Origin: Pasteurellaceae bacterium LIM206 | GTDB taxonomy: Bacteria > Pseudomonadota > Gammaproteobacteria > Enterobacterales > Pasteurellaceae | Direction: 5' to 3' | NCBI GenBank assembly: GCA_032586195.1 | Contig: JAWHQP010000006.1 | Location: 93,554-117,553 of the forward strand | Length of the DNA stretch: 24,000 nt | In this document: positions 1 to 12,819 of the stretch, piece after piece | Numbering within the stretch: the first letter of the stretch is position 1 | Layout of the letters: every line of letters begins with the position of its first letter | Notes under the pieces: generated by a model | Database searches by the model: none | What the model was told of the DNA's origin: nothing | What the model saw: only the letters and a program-made list of their open reading frames with translations | Program-made: the position numbers and the translations under genes

Positions 1-1311
1 TTACAAGATTATTTATTCAAAGCCAAATACAACTTCGGCGAAAACCACTGGTTCAAATTATCCGCCGAGCATTATACCAACACGGCTTTCAGCTGTTCTC
101 GTGCCAATATGGCATTCTGTACCGATGAATATATCGGTAAGCGAAACTATTCTCCCGAACGTAAATACACTACCCTTGAACGCGAAACCTATACGGCAGC
201 CTATGCTTATAATCCCGGCGATAATCCTTGGGTAAACCTTAAAGCCAATGCATACAGCACCGCGACCAAAGCGACTTCTTTAGGTTCACCCAAATCCAGA
301 GTGAAAACCGTGGGCGGTACGGTATCCAATAAATCCGAATTTGATTTGGGCCTCACCCACCATTTCGTTACCATAGGCGGCGAATACTACAAAACCACGG
401 CACAAAAGCTAGGCTCAAATGTCAGCGATGCCCGATTAACCAGTACTTCAATTTATCTTGAAGATCAAATCGGTATCGGCAACTTTACGATTATCCCGGG
501 GATTCGCTACGATTATTACACCGCAAAATTATCCGATAACTTCAATAAAAACTACGATCGTTTCTCTAAAGCTTTGGGTTTAAGATATGCGCTGACGGAC
601 AATTTGGCTTTATTTGCCAACTATACCGAACTGTTCAAAGGCCCCGATGCCGGTGAAATCGTGCTACGCGGCACCGGCCGTTTAAGCTATGATGCCAATC
701 TGGAAGCGACTAAAGGTGACAACAAAGAAGCCGGTTTCAGTTATACGCGTGACGGTTTGTTCACTCATAATGACGACTTATCTTTCACAGCCAAATACTT
801 TCACACCAATTACGACAATATCAGCCAATCTGTTGCGAATAGCGTCGGTCGAGGCAGTGTCTATAAAAACCTGGGTGCAGTCGTATTAAAAGGGGTTGAA
901 CTCTCTACCCGTTACAACATTGAAAACTTCAGCACTCTGCTGACCTACGCAAGAGCGAGAAGTAAACAGAAAGACACCGGTTATGCCGTATTCCCTGACT
1001 CAGGCGACCGTTACACCATTAGTTTTAATTATGCGTTACCTGAATACGGCGTGCAAATGGGCTGGAGCACAATGTGGGTGCGCGGTCTGACCGTACACTC
1101 CAGTGCAACTTCAATCACCACCAAACAGGAATATGCCGTAAGTAACGCTTATGTAAGCTGGGTGCCGCAACAATATAAAAACGTAGAATTGATCTTCGGC
1201 ATTGATAATATCTTTAATAAGGCCTATAAAGATCACAGTACGCAATACTATAATGCCGTTGACTACGATCCGGGTCGTAACTATAAATTATCCGTTTCGT
1301 ACAGATTTTGA
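1..1311 (+). CDS. TonB-dependent outer-membrane receptor, C-terminal 436 codons (5' end upstream of window)
   Basis: Frame 1 is open from base 1 into the listed ORF 109..1311. The sequence is beta-barrel-like, and the conserved C-terminal region FGIDNIFNKAYKDH...GRNYKLSVSYRF ends in the terminal aromatic Phe typical of TonB-dependent receptors. Substrate is not determinable from this fragment. Confidence 0.85.
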   Translation, partial: LQDYLFKAKYNFGENHWFKLSAEHYTNTAFSCSRANMAFCTDEYIGKRNYSPERKYTTLERETYTAAYAYNPGDNPWVNLKANAYSTATKATSLGSPKSRVKTVGGTVSNKSEFDLGLTHHFVTIGGEYYKTTAQKLGSNVSDARLTSTSIYLEDQIGIGNFTIIPGIRYDYYTAKLSDNFNKNYDRFSKALGLRYALTDNLALFANYTELFKGPDAGEIVLRGTGRLSYDANLEATKGDNKEAGFSYTRDGLFTHNDDLSFTAKYFHTNYDNISQSVANSVGRGSVYKNLGAVVLKGVELSTRYNIENFSTLLTYARARSKQKDTGYAVFPDSGDRYTISFNYALPEYGVQMGWSTMWVRGLTVHSSATSITTKQEYAVSNAYVSWVPQQYKNVELIFGIDNIFNKAYKDHSTQYYNAVDYDPGRNYKLSVSYRF

Positions 1312-1329
1312 TTCAACCCTATAACACTC

Positions 1330-1359
1330 AGCCCGTCGCCTTGCTTGCACGGGCTTTTT
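1330..1359 (+). terminator. Rho-independent terminator of the receptor gene
   Basis: Stem AGCCCGT (1330-1336) pairs with ACGGGCT (1349-1355) around a 12-nt loop and is followed by TTTTT. It lies 19 nt after the stop codon. Confidence 0.7.
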
Positions 1360-1377
1360 ATTTGACTTTCCGTGGCA

Positions 1378-1386
1378 AAGTGCGGT
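1378..1386 (+). repeat. Uptake signal sequence core (Hin-type USS, AAGTGCGGT)
   Basis: Exact 9-mer AAGTGCGGT in an intergenic position. Confidence 0.85.
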
Positions 1387-1437
1387 GCTGATTTTATGAT
1401 TTTTATCAACTCTCTATTATTTCCCTTACCGCGGCAT

Positions 1438-1467
1438 TTTACAATCGACTGTTATTTAGGCTAAAAT
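1438..1467 (+). promoter_or_regulatory. Candidate sigma70 promoter for yedEF
   Basis: TTTACA (1438-1443), 18-bp spacer, TAAAAT (1462-1467). This predicts a leader of about 128 nt before the yedE ATG. Pattern match only. Confidence 0.35.
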
Positions 1468-1601
1468 CTGCCCGGTATGTTTCATACAATTTCATTTACT
1501 GGTATCGCAAGTTTTGTGTATAGGAAATGAACCAATCACTCCGCGCAGTTGTTGCTCATCGTTATACCCTCACTTGCAAATCTTTTCATTAAGGATGCTC
1601 T

Positions 1602-2813
1602 ATGCAAGAGATATTGCAACAATTCAAACAAAATTATCTGATTAAATATTGGAACCCCATTGTGGCTGTAACCGCGGCGGGGCTCATTTCCGCCTATTAC
1701 TTCGGGATAACAGGCACCTACTGGGCGGTAACCGGCGAATTCACCCGCTGGGGCGGACACGCGCTGCAAGCCTTGGGAGTGGATGTTTCCGACTGGACCT
1801 ACTACAAAATAATCGGCATGAACGGAACCGTGTTTACCCGCATTGACGGTGTAATGATCCTTGGTATGTTTGCCGGCTGTATTTCCGCGGCATTATGGGC
1901 AAATAATGTGAAATGGCGGAACCAGCCGCACAAAAAACGCATTGTGCAGGCGTTGATCGGAGGCGCATTGGCAGGCTTCGGCGCCCGTCTGGCAATGGGG
2001 TGTAATCTTGCTTCATTGTTTACGGGGATTCCGCAATTTTCCGTACATGCCTGGTTCTTCACCATTGCCACCGCTATCGGCACGTATTTCGGGGTAAAAG
2101 TGACCTTGTTGCCCATCTTTCGTGTGAAATTGCAACTTAAAAAAGGAGCGGCGACATTACAAGAAACCGATCCTAAACAGGCTCAACGTCGTTTTTGGCT
2201 CGGCATGCTGGTGTTCTTCGCATATTTCGCGGCTTCTCTGTACGTTATGCAATTTTCCATTAAATTAGGCTTTGCCATGCTGTGCGGACTCGCTTTCGGT
2301 TTACTCATCGAACGGGCTCAGATTTGTTTCACTTCCGCCTTCCGCGATCTCTGGGTTACAGGCCGTTCCTATATGGCAAAAGCCATTATTTTCGGTATCT
2401 TAGCCGGCACCATCGGTGTGTTCAGCTATATTCAGCTTGGCGTGCCGCCTAAAATCATGTGGGCAGGTCCGAATGCTATCATCGGCGGTTTGCTGTTCGG
2501 TTTCGGTATCGTGCTGGCAGGTGGCTGCGAAACCGGCTGGATGTATCGTTCCATGGAAGGTCAGGTACATTTTATGTGGGTCGGCGTAGGCAATGTGGCG
2601 GGTTCAACGCTGCTCGCCTATCTGTGGGACGATTTGGCCCCGGTGCTTGCCCTAGACTATGAAAAACTCAATTTATTAAAAGAATTCGGGCCGGTGGGCG
2701 GTTTGCTCGTTAATTACGGCTTACTCATTCTCTGCCTGATTGCGGTCATATGGTGGGAACGCCGCTTTTTAACCAAAGCGAAAGCGAAAGTTGCCGCTAT
2801 ACCGACCGCTTAA
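1602..2813 (+). CDS. yedE: YedE family inner-membrane protein (putative selenium/sulfur-compound transporter)
   Basis: 403-aa polytopic ORF that aligns by eye nearly end to end with E. coli YedE (QQFKQ.YLIK.W.PI.AV, YYFGITGT.WAVTGEFTRWGG, GARLAMGCNLA, ERAQICFTSAFRD, GIVLAGGCETGWMYR). AAGGA RBS at 1591-1595. Confidence 0.9.
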   Translation: MQEILQQFKQNYLIKYWNPIVAVTAAGLISAYYFGITGTYWAVTGEFTRWGGHALQALGVDVSDWTYYKIIGMNGTVFTRIDGVMILGMFAGCISAALWANNVKWRNQPHKKRIVQALIGGALAGFGARLAMGCNLASLFTGIPQFSVHAWFFTIATAIGTYFGVKVTLLPIFRVKLQLKKGAATLQETDPKQAQRRFWLGMLVFFAYFAASLYVMQFSIKLGFAMLCGLAFGLLIERAQICFTSAFRDLWVTGRSYMAKAIIFGILAGTIGVFSYIQLGVPPKIMWAGPNAIIGGLLFGFGIVLAGGCETGWMYRSMEGQVHFMWVGVGNVAGSTLLAYLWDDLAPVLALDYEKLNLLKEFGPVGGLLVNYGLLILCLIAVIWWERRFLTKAKAKVAAIPTA

Positions 2814-2835
2814 CTTCAAACAAAAGGAAAATATT

Positions 2836-3105
2836 ATGGCTTTTACCGTTATTCAAAAAAAGGATAAAGATCCTAAAGATATCATCCCGGACTACACGTT
2901 AGACACCTTGGGCGAGCCTTGCCCCTACCCTGCTATCGTGATGCTGGAAACCATGCCGACTTTAAAAGAAGGCGAAATTCTGGAATTGCTGAGCGACTGC
3001 GCTCAATCCATTAATAATATCCCCGTGGACACTAAAAATCACGGCTATACCCTATTAAGCGTGGAACAGGACGGCACCAAGCTGCGCTACTTGATTCAAC
3101 GTTAA
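2836..3105 (+). CDS. yedF: YedF, TusA-like sulfur-carrier family protein
   Basis: CPxP active-site motif (GEPCPYPAIV). Collinear with E. coli YedF (IVPDY.LD..GEPCPYP...SINNIP.D..NHGYT...Q.DG...RYLIQ). I prefer the ATG at 2836, preceded by AAGGAAA, over the TTG at 2791, which overlaps the yedE 3' end. Confidence 0.9.
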   Translation: MAFTVIQKKDKDPKDIIPDYTLDTLGEPCPYPAIVMLETMPTLKEGEILELLSDCAQSINNIPVDTKNHGYTLLSVEQDGTKLRYLIQR

Positions 3106-3120
3106 CGGTTCACAAAAGAA

Positions 3121-3159
3121 AAGTGCGGTGTTAAAAAATCGATTTTTAACACCGCACTT
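3121..3159. terminator. Bidirectional terminator built from an inverted USS pair (between convergent yedF and purF)
   Basis: Perfect 17-bp stem AAGTGCGGTGTTAAAAA / TTTTTAACACCGCACTT with the 5-nt loop ATCGA. It contains USS cores at 3121-3129 (+) and 3151-3159 (-). An A-rich left flank gives a U-run for the purF transcript. Confidence 0.8.
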
Positions 3160-3181
3160 ACGGCTCAGAAAAAATTAACAT

Positions 3182-4696
3182 TTACCGTTCATTATGAATC
3201 TCAAGATTGGTTGCGTCTTTTTCGCGTTTTTTCTTCGCGCCATCGTTACGTTCTCTGGCGATATTGTCCAGATACGCCAATGACACATCACCCGTAATAT
3301 ATTCCCCGGTAAAGACGGACGTGTCAAAAGCCTGAATGGCCGGATTTTCTTCCTGTACCGATTCGGTTAAAGCAGATAAATCTTGGAAAATCAGGCGATC
3401 AACGCCGATTAATTTAGCAATTTCATCCACTTCACGGCCATAAGCGATCAATTCATGACTGGTCGGCATATCGATACCATATACATTGGGATAACGGATT
3501 TCAGGGGCAGCCGAGGCAAAATAGACTTTTTTCGCTCCCGCCGCTTTCGCCATATCCACGATTTGCTCGGACGTGGTGCCGCGCACGATGGAATCATCCA
3601 CTAATAATACGTTTTTGCCTTTAAATTCCGACGAAATCGCATTCAGTTTACGGCGTACCGCGCTGACCCGCTGTTTTTGCCCCGGCATAATAAAAGTACG
3701 TCCGACATAACGGTTTTTCACAAAGCCCTGGCGATAAGGCTTATCTAAAATATTGGCGATACGCAGGGCAATATCGTTTGACGTTTCCGGCACGGGGATC
3801 ACAACATCAATATCGTCCACATCATCCCATTCTTTCGCAATCTTCCGCCCTAAGCGTTCCCCCATATGCACGCGCGCCGCGTAAACGGATACGCCGTCAA
3901 TGGTGGAATCCGGACGGGCAAAATACACGTATTCAAAAATACATGGACATAATTTGGCGTTTTCCGCACATTGTTCCGCGTATAACCTGCCGTCAAACGT
4001 AATGTAAACGGCTTCGCCCGGTTTAATGTCACGGATAATCGCAAAACCCGCCGTATCCAGCGCCACGCTTTCGGAAGCAAACATATATTCGGTTTTGCCG
4101 TTCTCCTCGCGTTTACCCAATACTAACGGGCGAATGCCGTACGGATCTCGGAACGCTACCATGCCGTGCCCGATAATCATCGCAATACAGGCATAGGCTC
4201 CGCGGATATCCTTATTGGTTTTTTTAATCGCGTAGAAAATATCTTCCGGTGAAAGCTGGTCCGTCTGAATGTGATCCAAATAATATGCCAGAATATTCAG
4301 CAGGGCTTCGGAATCAGAATTGGTATTCACATGACGACGCGCCAATTTGAACAGCTTTTCTTTTAACTCGGCGGCATTGGTAAGATTGCCGTTATGTACC
4401 AATGTTAAACCATAAGGCGAATTCACATAAAACGGTTGGGCTTCGGAAACACTGGAACTGCCCGCGGTGGGATAACGCACGTGGCCAATCCCGGCATTAC
4501 CCTGCAAACGATGCATATGCACTTCCTGGAACACATCGCTGACCAGTCCGTTCGCCTTACGCAGACGGAAACGGTTTTCATCATCAATGGTCACAATGCC
4601 CGCCGCATCCTGCCCGCGATGCTGTAAAACGGTCAACGCATCATAAATTGATTGATTCACAGGAGAATGACTTACTATTCCAACAATGCCGCACAT
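3182..4696 (-). CDS. purF: Amidophosphoribosyltransferase (glutamine PRPP amidotransferase)
   Basis: 504 aa. It has the N-terminal MCGIVGI Ntn-amidotransferase start, a PRPP-binding motif ([13 protein letters not shown]), and full-length collinearity with E. coli PurF. Confidence 0.97.
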   Translation of the reverse strand: MCGIVGIVSHSPVNQSIYDALTVLQHRGQDAAGIVTIDDENRFRLRKANGLVSDVFQEVHMHRLQGNAGIGHVRYPTAGSSSVSEAQPFYVNSPYGLTLVHNGNLTNAAELKEKLFKLARRHVNTNSDSEALLNILAYYLDHIQTDQLSPEDIFYAIKKTNKDIRGAYACIAMIIGHGMVAFRDPYGIRPLVLGKREENGKTEYMFASESVALDTAGFAIIRDIKPGEAVYITFDGRLYAEQCAENAKLCPCIFEYVYFARPDSTIDGVSVYAARVHMGERLGRKIAKEWDDVDDIDVVIPVPETSNDIALRIANILDKPYRQGFVKNRYVGRTFIMPGQKQRVSAVRRKLNAISSEFKGKNVLLVDDSIVRGTTSEQIVDMAKAAGAKKVYFASAAPEIRYPNVYGIDMPTSHELIAYGREVDEIAKLIGVDRLIFQDLSALTESVQEENPAIQAFDTSVFTGEYITGDVSLAYLDNIARERNDGAKKKREKDATNLEIHNER

Positions 4697-4708
4697 TAGT
4701 GTTTCCTC

Positions 4709-5200
4709 TTATTTGGTTAAAGTTGAGTTTATAAAACTTGAATTTGCCTGTAATTGTTCAAAAAACCATTTTTCGATAAAAGCAAAATGAGGAATCAGTT
4801 TTGATTCAAGCCATAAGGCATTCTGATCGAAGTTAGTAAAGGTATCAATAAAGAACAGGATGGCAGCAACGATCAGCACACCACGCAAAAAACCGAAACA
4901 GCCGCCAAGTACGCGGTCGGTACCGCTCAACCCCGTTTTATCCACCAACTGACCGATGACGTAATTGACGATCGCCCCGACGATTAAGGTAAGGATAAAT
5001 AAAATACCGATGGCCGTCCCGTTACGGATATATTCGGATTCAATCCGGGTGAGCAATCCGGCGAGATAAGGATAGAACTGACTGGCGATAATGAAAGCCA
5101 CCACCCAGCTGGCAAGAGACATAACTTCACGGACAAAGCCGCGTAACAGGCTGACGACAATAGAAAAAAGGATAATGGCGATGATAATATAATCAATCAT
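4709..5200 (-). CDS. cvpA: Colicin V production / membrane integrity protein CvpA
   Basis: Four-TM protein starting MIDYIIIAIILFSIVVSLLRGFVRE, directly upstream of purF (12-nt gap) as in the E. coli cvpA-purF operon. I chose the ATG at 5200; the longer ORF to 5254 adds a non-conserved N-terminal extension. Confidence 0.9.
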   Translation of the reverse strand: MIDYIIIAIILFSIVVSLLRGFVREVMSLASWVVAFIIASQFYPYLAGLLTRIESEYIRNGTAIGILFILTLIVGAIVNYVIGQLVDKTGLSGTDRVLGGCFGFLRGVLIVAAILFFIDTFTNFDQNALWLESKLIPHFAFIEKWFFEQLQANSSFINSTLTK

Positions 5201-5266
5201 TGAGAAATCTCTGAAAATAAAAACGTCACGTTTTTGACTGCGGCATTCTAACAAATAGCCATCAAA

Positions 5267-5282
5267 AAGAAAACGTTTGCCT
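5267..5282 (-). promoter_or_regulatory. PurR operator (PUR box) overlapping the cvpA-purF promoter
   Basis: The minus strand reads AGGCAAACGTTTTCTT, a 15/16 match to the E. coli PUR box ACGCAAACGTTTTCTT. A -10-like TAGAAT (5245-5250, minus) lies 16 bp downstream, so the box covers the -35 region. Confidence 0.7.
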
Positions 5283-5387
5283 AAGTAAAAATGATAAATT
5301 CCGCAGCATATCTATGCACGCCACAGATAACGCTGCCCCAGTAAGAATGCGTAATATAACACCCTCCCACGGCGGACCGAAATAGTT

Positions 5388-5828
5388 TTAAATATCCTCC
5401 CAGAACGAAGGTTCCAGATACTGTTGAGCTTTATTTAAGGCATCGGCCAGATGCTGATAGGTGGGATGTTCAACCGTTGGCATGATAATCTGTTTACGGG
5501 CCAGCTCCTGCAAAATTCGCTGAAACGACACCGCACTTTGCGGCGGCAACAACGTATTCGCCCGCTTGCCCAGCCAATATAATCCCTGTAACGGGATACA
5601 AAGGGCGAAAAGCGCGACAATAACCGCGATCGCCAAAGCGATCATATCATGTTTAGCGTAAAACTGTTGCCATACTATGGAAAATACCGCCATAAAGGGC
5701 ATAAACCTAATGGCAAACCGGGTGGTTTTAATTATCCGGTTTTCAGGAAAAATCATACCTAACTTCGGCAACAACGGCCACGCATTCAAATATTTTTGTC
5801 CTCGGTTGATAGTTTTACATACGTTCAT
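5388..5828 (-). CDS. yfbV: UPF0208 inner-membrane protein YfbV
   Basis: 146 aa. Collinear by eye with E. coli YfbV ([26 protein letters not shown]...LPP, Y..LAD.L). AGAGG RBS upstream of the ATG at 5828. Confidence 0.85.
   Translation of the reverse strand: MNVCKTINRGQKYLNAWPLLPKLGMIFPENRIIKTTRFAIRFMPFMAVFSIVWQQFYAKHDMIALAIAVIVALFALCIPLQGLYWLGKRANTLLPPQSAVSFQRILQELARKQIIMPTVEHPTYQHLADALNKAQQYLEPSFWEDI
5530..5538 (-). repeat. USS core (AAGTGCGGT on minus strand) inside yfbV
   Basis: Exact 9-mer ACCGCACTT on the plus strand. Confidence 0.8.
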
Positions 5829-5866
5829 ATTACCTCTTTGCTGATTTTTCCTGACGACTTAGCTTG

Positions 5867-10175
<4,309 letters not shown>

Positions 10176-10216
10176 TTTCTGCTCCAATATAACGAGATGA
10201 ATTAAATTAGCCCAAT

Positions 10217-10230
10217 GTTAACGTTATCAT
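10217..10230. promoter_or_regulatory. LacI-family operator O1 (TGTTAACGTTATCA)
   Basis: 14-bp near-palindrome (12/14) with the central CG typical of LacI/GalR operators. It abuts the -10-like block TATGTAAT (minus, 10230-10237) of the lacYZ promoter. Confidence 0.6.
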
Positions 10231-10259
10231 TACATAATTCAATGTGATTTTGCGTAATT

Positions 10260-10275
10260 TGTGATAAGCGTCACA
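10260..10275. promoter_or_regulatory. CRP (cAMP receptor protein) binding site
   Basis: TGTGA-TAAGCG-TCACA is a perfect match to both half-sites of the CRP consensus TGTGA-N6-TCACA. It is centred about 42-44 bp upstream of the predicted lacY transcription start. Confidence 0.75.
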
Positions 10276-10279
10276 AAAA

Positions 10280-10293
10280 AGTTAACGTTAACA
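10280..10293. promoter_or_regulatory. LacI-family operator O2 (AGTTAACGTTAACA)
   Basis: Contains the perfect 12-bp palindrome GTTAACGTTAAC. It overlaps the -35 of the regulator promoter and shares its core with O1. Confidence 0.6.
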
Positions 10294-10316
10294 AAGAAAG
10301 AAAAACAGGTTATACT
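10288..10316 (+). promoter_or_regulatory. Candidate sigma70 promoter of the LacI-family regulator gene
   Basis: TTAACA (10288-10293), 17-bp spacer, TATACT (10311-10316). About 30 nt upstream of the GGAG RBS and the ATG at 10347. Confidence 0.5.
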
Positions 10317-10346
10317 GCTCTCCTATTTAATCCGACGGAGAAAATA

Positions 10347-11345
10347 ATGGCTTCCCTTAAAGATGTGGCAAAATTAGCGGGGGTTTCCCTGATGACGGTA
10401 TCCCGAGCCTTGAATAATCCTGAAAAACTGTCTGCCGGTACACGGGAAAAGGTACGTTCTGCGATTGAGCGGCTCAATTATGTGCCGAACGTTGCAGCAC
10501 AAAATATTCGCGGCGTAGCCAACCAAAAAATTGGTGTACTGTCACTCAATACCGCTACAACGCCTTTTTCGGTAGAAATTATTTTAGCGATTGAACAAAC
10601 CGTACGGCAGCATAACTGGCATTCTTTCGTTATCAATGCCTTTGAAAATGATGAAGAAGAAATGGAACGTGCGGTCAGCCAGCTTATTTCTCATCGCCCT
10701 AGTGCGGTTATTATTGCTCGTAATGGGTTAAAAAATATTCACATTCCGGAAAAATTAAAGCAATTTCCTGTGGTTTTAGCGAATTGTGTCAGTGATAGTA
10801 GTCATGTTGCCAGCTATATTCCCGATGATTATCACGGACAATATGCCATTGCCGAACGAATTATCCAACAAGGCTATAAACGTCCGCTCTTCTTACATAT
10901 TCCGGCAAACTACATTGCCACTCAAGCCCGCAAAACGGCCTTTGAAGATCGCTGGCTTGCCGAACCTAAAGCCGCTCCTATCGTGCAATATTTTATGCCT
11001 GCCGACGGCGAAAATTACTTTGACGGAGCTAAACCGCTGTTAGATTTATTAGACAAAAACCCCGAGCATTTTCCATTTGATGTGATTGTGTGCGGCAACG
11101 ATCGCATTGCCTTTGTGGTATATCAGATTTTGTTAGCCAGAAGATTCAATATTCCGCAAGATATTGCAGTAACAGGTTATGACAATATGGTGGGAATCAG
11201 CCATTTGTTTTTGCCTTCACTAACCACTGTGCAATTACCCCATTATGAAATGGGTAAACAAGCTGCTTTACATTTTATTGAGCAACGCCAAGATCACGAG
11301 GTACACCGTTTAACCTGCCCTCTAATTTTGGGAAACTCTTGTTAA
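10347..11345 (+). CDS. LacI/GalR-family transcriptional repressor (presumed regulator of lacYZ)
   Basis: 332 aa. N-terminal HTH (SLKDVAKLAGVSLMTVSRALNNP...VR.AIE.LNYVPN..A) followed by a periplasmic-binding-protein-like sugar-binding core. It is divergent from lacYZ. Confidence 0.9.
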   Translation: MASLKDVAKLAGVSLMTVSRALNNPEKLSAGTREKVRSAIERLNYVPNVAAQNIRGVANQKIGVLSLNTATTPFSVEIILAIEQTVRQHNWHSFVINAFENDEEEMERAVSQLISHRPSAVIIARNGLKNIHIPEKLKQFPVVLANCVSDSSHVASYIPDDYHGQYAIAERIIQQGYKRPLFLHIPANYIATQARKTAFEDRWLAEPKAAPIVQYFMPADGENYFDGAKPLLDLLDKNPEHFPFDVIVCGNDRIAFVVYQILLARRFNIPQDIAVTGYDNMVGISHLFLPSLTTVQLPHYEMGKQAALHFIEQRQDHEVHRLTCPLILGNSC

Positions 11346-11474
11346 CCCTGCCGCCCCTTTATAAAAGTTTAAAAATTACACTTTTTTTTGATTTATTTCG
11401 TAATTTAACATCTTCTTAATTTATTTTATTTCTTGAAAAGTGTATTCTATGCGCAATTGACTTTTAAAAACGTC

Positions 11475-11509
11475 CGCTCAACGAGGAGAATATTAATTCC
11501 CGTTGAGCG
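11475..11509 (+). other. Perfect 9-bp inverted repeat (hairpin) in the ackA upstream region
   Basis: CGCTCAACG (11475-11483) and CGTTGAGCG (11501-11509) flank a 17-nt AT-rich loop, 37 nt upstream of the ackA ATG. Function unknown (leader structure, weak terminator of the regulator gene, or a protein site). Confidence 0.4.
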
Positions 11510-11545
11510 TCCTTTAACTTCAAGCTAACTTAAAATAGGTTATTT

Positions 11546-12748
11546 ATGTCTGAAAAATTAATCCTCGTCCTCAACTGCGGTAGTTCCTCATTAAAATTCT
11601 CAATTTTAAATCCAAATACCGGTGACGAAAAACTTTCCGGTCTTGCTGAAGCTTTCTACCTGCCGGAAGCGCGTATTAAATGGAAATTACATGGTGAGAA
11701 AGGCAATGCAGATTTAGGTGCTGGTGCAGCTCATAGCGAAGCATTAAATTTCATGGTAAACCATATTTTCACTCAGGATCCTTCATTAAAAGACAGTATT
11801 GTGGCAATCGGTCACCGCATCGTTCACGGCGGTGAAAAATTTACTTCTTCCGTGATTGTTAATGACGAAGTGGTTAAAGGCATTAAAGATGCTATCCAAT
11901 TTGCACCGCTGCATAACCCGGCACATCTTATCGGTATTGAAGAATCCTTCAAAATCTTCCCGCATTTAAAAGATAAAAATGTTGCGGTATTTGATACCGC
12001 ATTCCACCAGACTATGCCTGAAGAAGCATTCTTATATGCATTACCATATTCTCTCTATAAAGAACACGGCATACGTCGCTACGGTGCTCACGGTACCAGC
12101 CATTATTTCGTAAGCCGCGAAGCAGCCAAACGCTTAGGTGTAGCGGAAGATAAAATTAACGTAATTACCTGCCACTTAGGTAACGGCGGATCTATTTCCG
12201 CCATCCGTCACGGTAAATGTATCGATACCTCAATGGGCTTAACCCCACTGGAAGGCCTGGTAATGGGTACGCGCTGCGGTGATATCGACCCGGCTATCAT
12301 ATTCTATATGCATGATACTTTAGGTATGAGCGTAGAAGAAATCAACACAACCCTCACGAAAAAATCCGGTCTGTTAGGTTTAACCGAAATCACCAGTGAC
12401 TGCCGTTATGCGGAAGAGAACTATGAAAAAGAAGTGCCGGCAAAACGTGCTTTAGACGTATATTGCTACCGTTTAGCCAAATACATCGGTTCTTATATGG
12501 CGGTGATCGGTGAACGTTTAGATGCTATCGTGTTTACCGGCGGTATCGGTGAAAACTCCGCGCACGTGCGTGAATTAACATTGAATCACTTGAAATTATT
12601 CGGTTACCAATTAGATCAAGAGAAAAATTTGGCCGCCCGTTTTGGTAACGAAGGTGTGATTACCGCAGACGGTACGCCGATCGCTATTGTTCTTCCGACC
12701 AACGAAGAATTAGTCATTGCACAGGATACGGCCCGTCTCTGTATCTAA
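11546..12748 (+). CDS. ackA: Acetate kinase
   Basis: 400 aa. Starts [18 protein letters not shown], and has full-length collinearity with E. coli AckA. Confidence 0.97.
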   Translation: MSEKLILVLNCGSSSLKFSILNPNTGDEKLSGLAEAFYLPEARIKWKLHGEKGNADLGAGAAHSEALNFMVNHIFTQDPSLKDSIVAIGHRIVHGGEKFTSSVIVNDEVVKGIKDAIQFAPLHNPAHLIGIEESFKIFPHLKDKNVAVFDTAFHQTMPEEAFLYALPYSLYKEHGIRRYGAHGTSHYFVSREAAKRLGVAEDKINVITCHLGNGGSISAIRHGKCIDTSMGLTPLEGLVMGTRCGDIDPAIIFYMHDTLGMSVEEINTTLTKKSGLLGLTEITSDCRYAEENYEKEVPAKRALDVYCYRLAKYIGSYMAVIGERLDAIVFTGGIGENSAHVRELTLNHLKLFGYQLDQEKNLAARFGNEGVITADGTPIAIVLPTNEELVIAQDTARLCI

Positions 12749-12757
12749 TTTAAATCT

Positions 12758-12790
12758 AAGCTGCCGAATTGCTCGGCAGCTTCTTTTTTT
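12758..12790 (+). terminator. Terminator-like hairpin between ackA and pta
   Basis: 10-bp perfect stem AAGCTGCCGA / TCGGCAGCTT with the loop ATTGC, followed by C+T7. It starts 10 nt after the ackA stop and ends 29 nt before the pta ATG. Confidence 0.6.
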
Positions 12791-12819
12791 AACATCTGAA
12801 AATCAATATAAGGTTTATT

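Noticed and set aside
2791-2835. Longer N-terminal extensions offered by the ORF track (yedF from TTG 2791, cvpA to 5254, lacY from TTG 10187, yniA from TTG 20645, sohB 'start' at 23962)
   Set aside because: The downstream ATGs have proper RBS spacing and match the orthologue N-termini. The extensions overlap neighbouring genes or RBSs. The sohB 'start' is an internal Leu codon in a frame open to the window edge.
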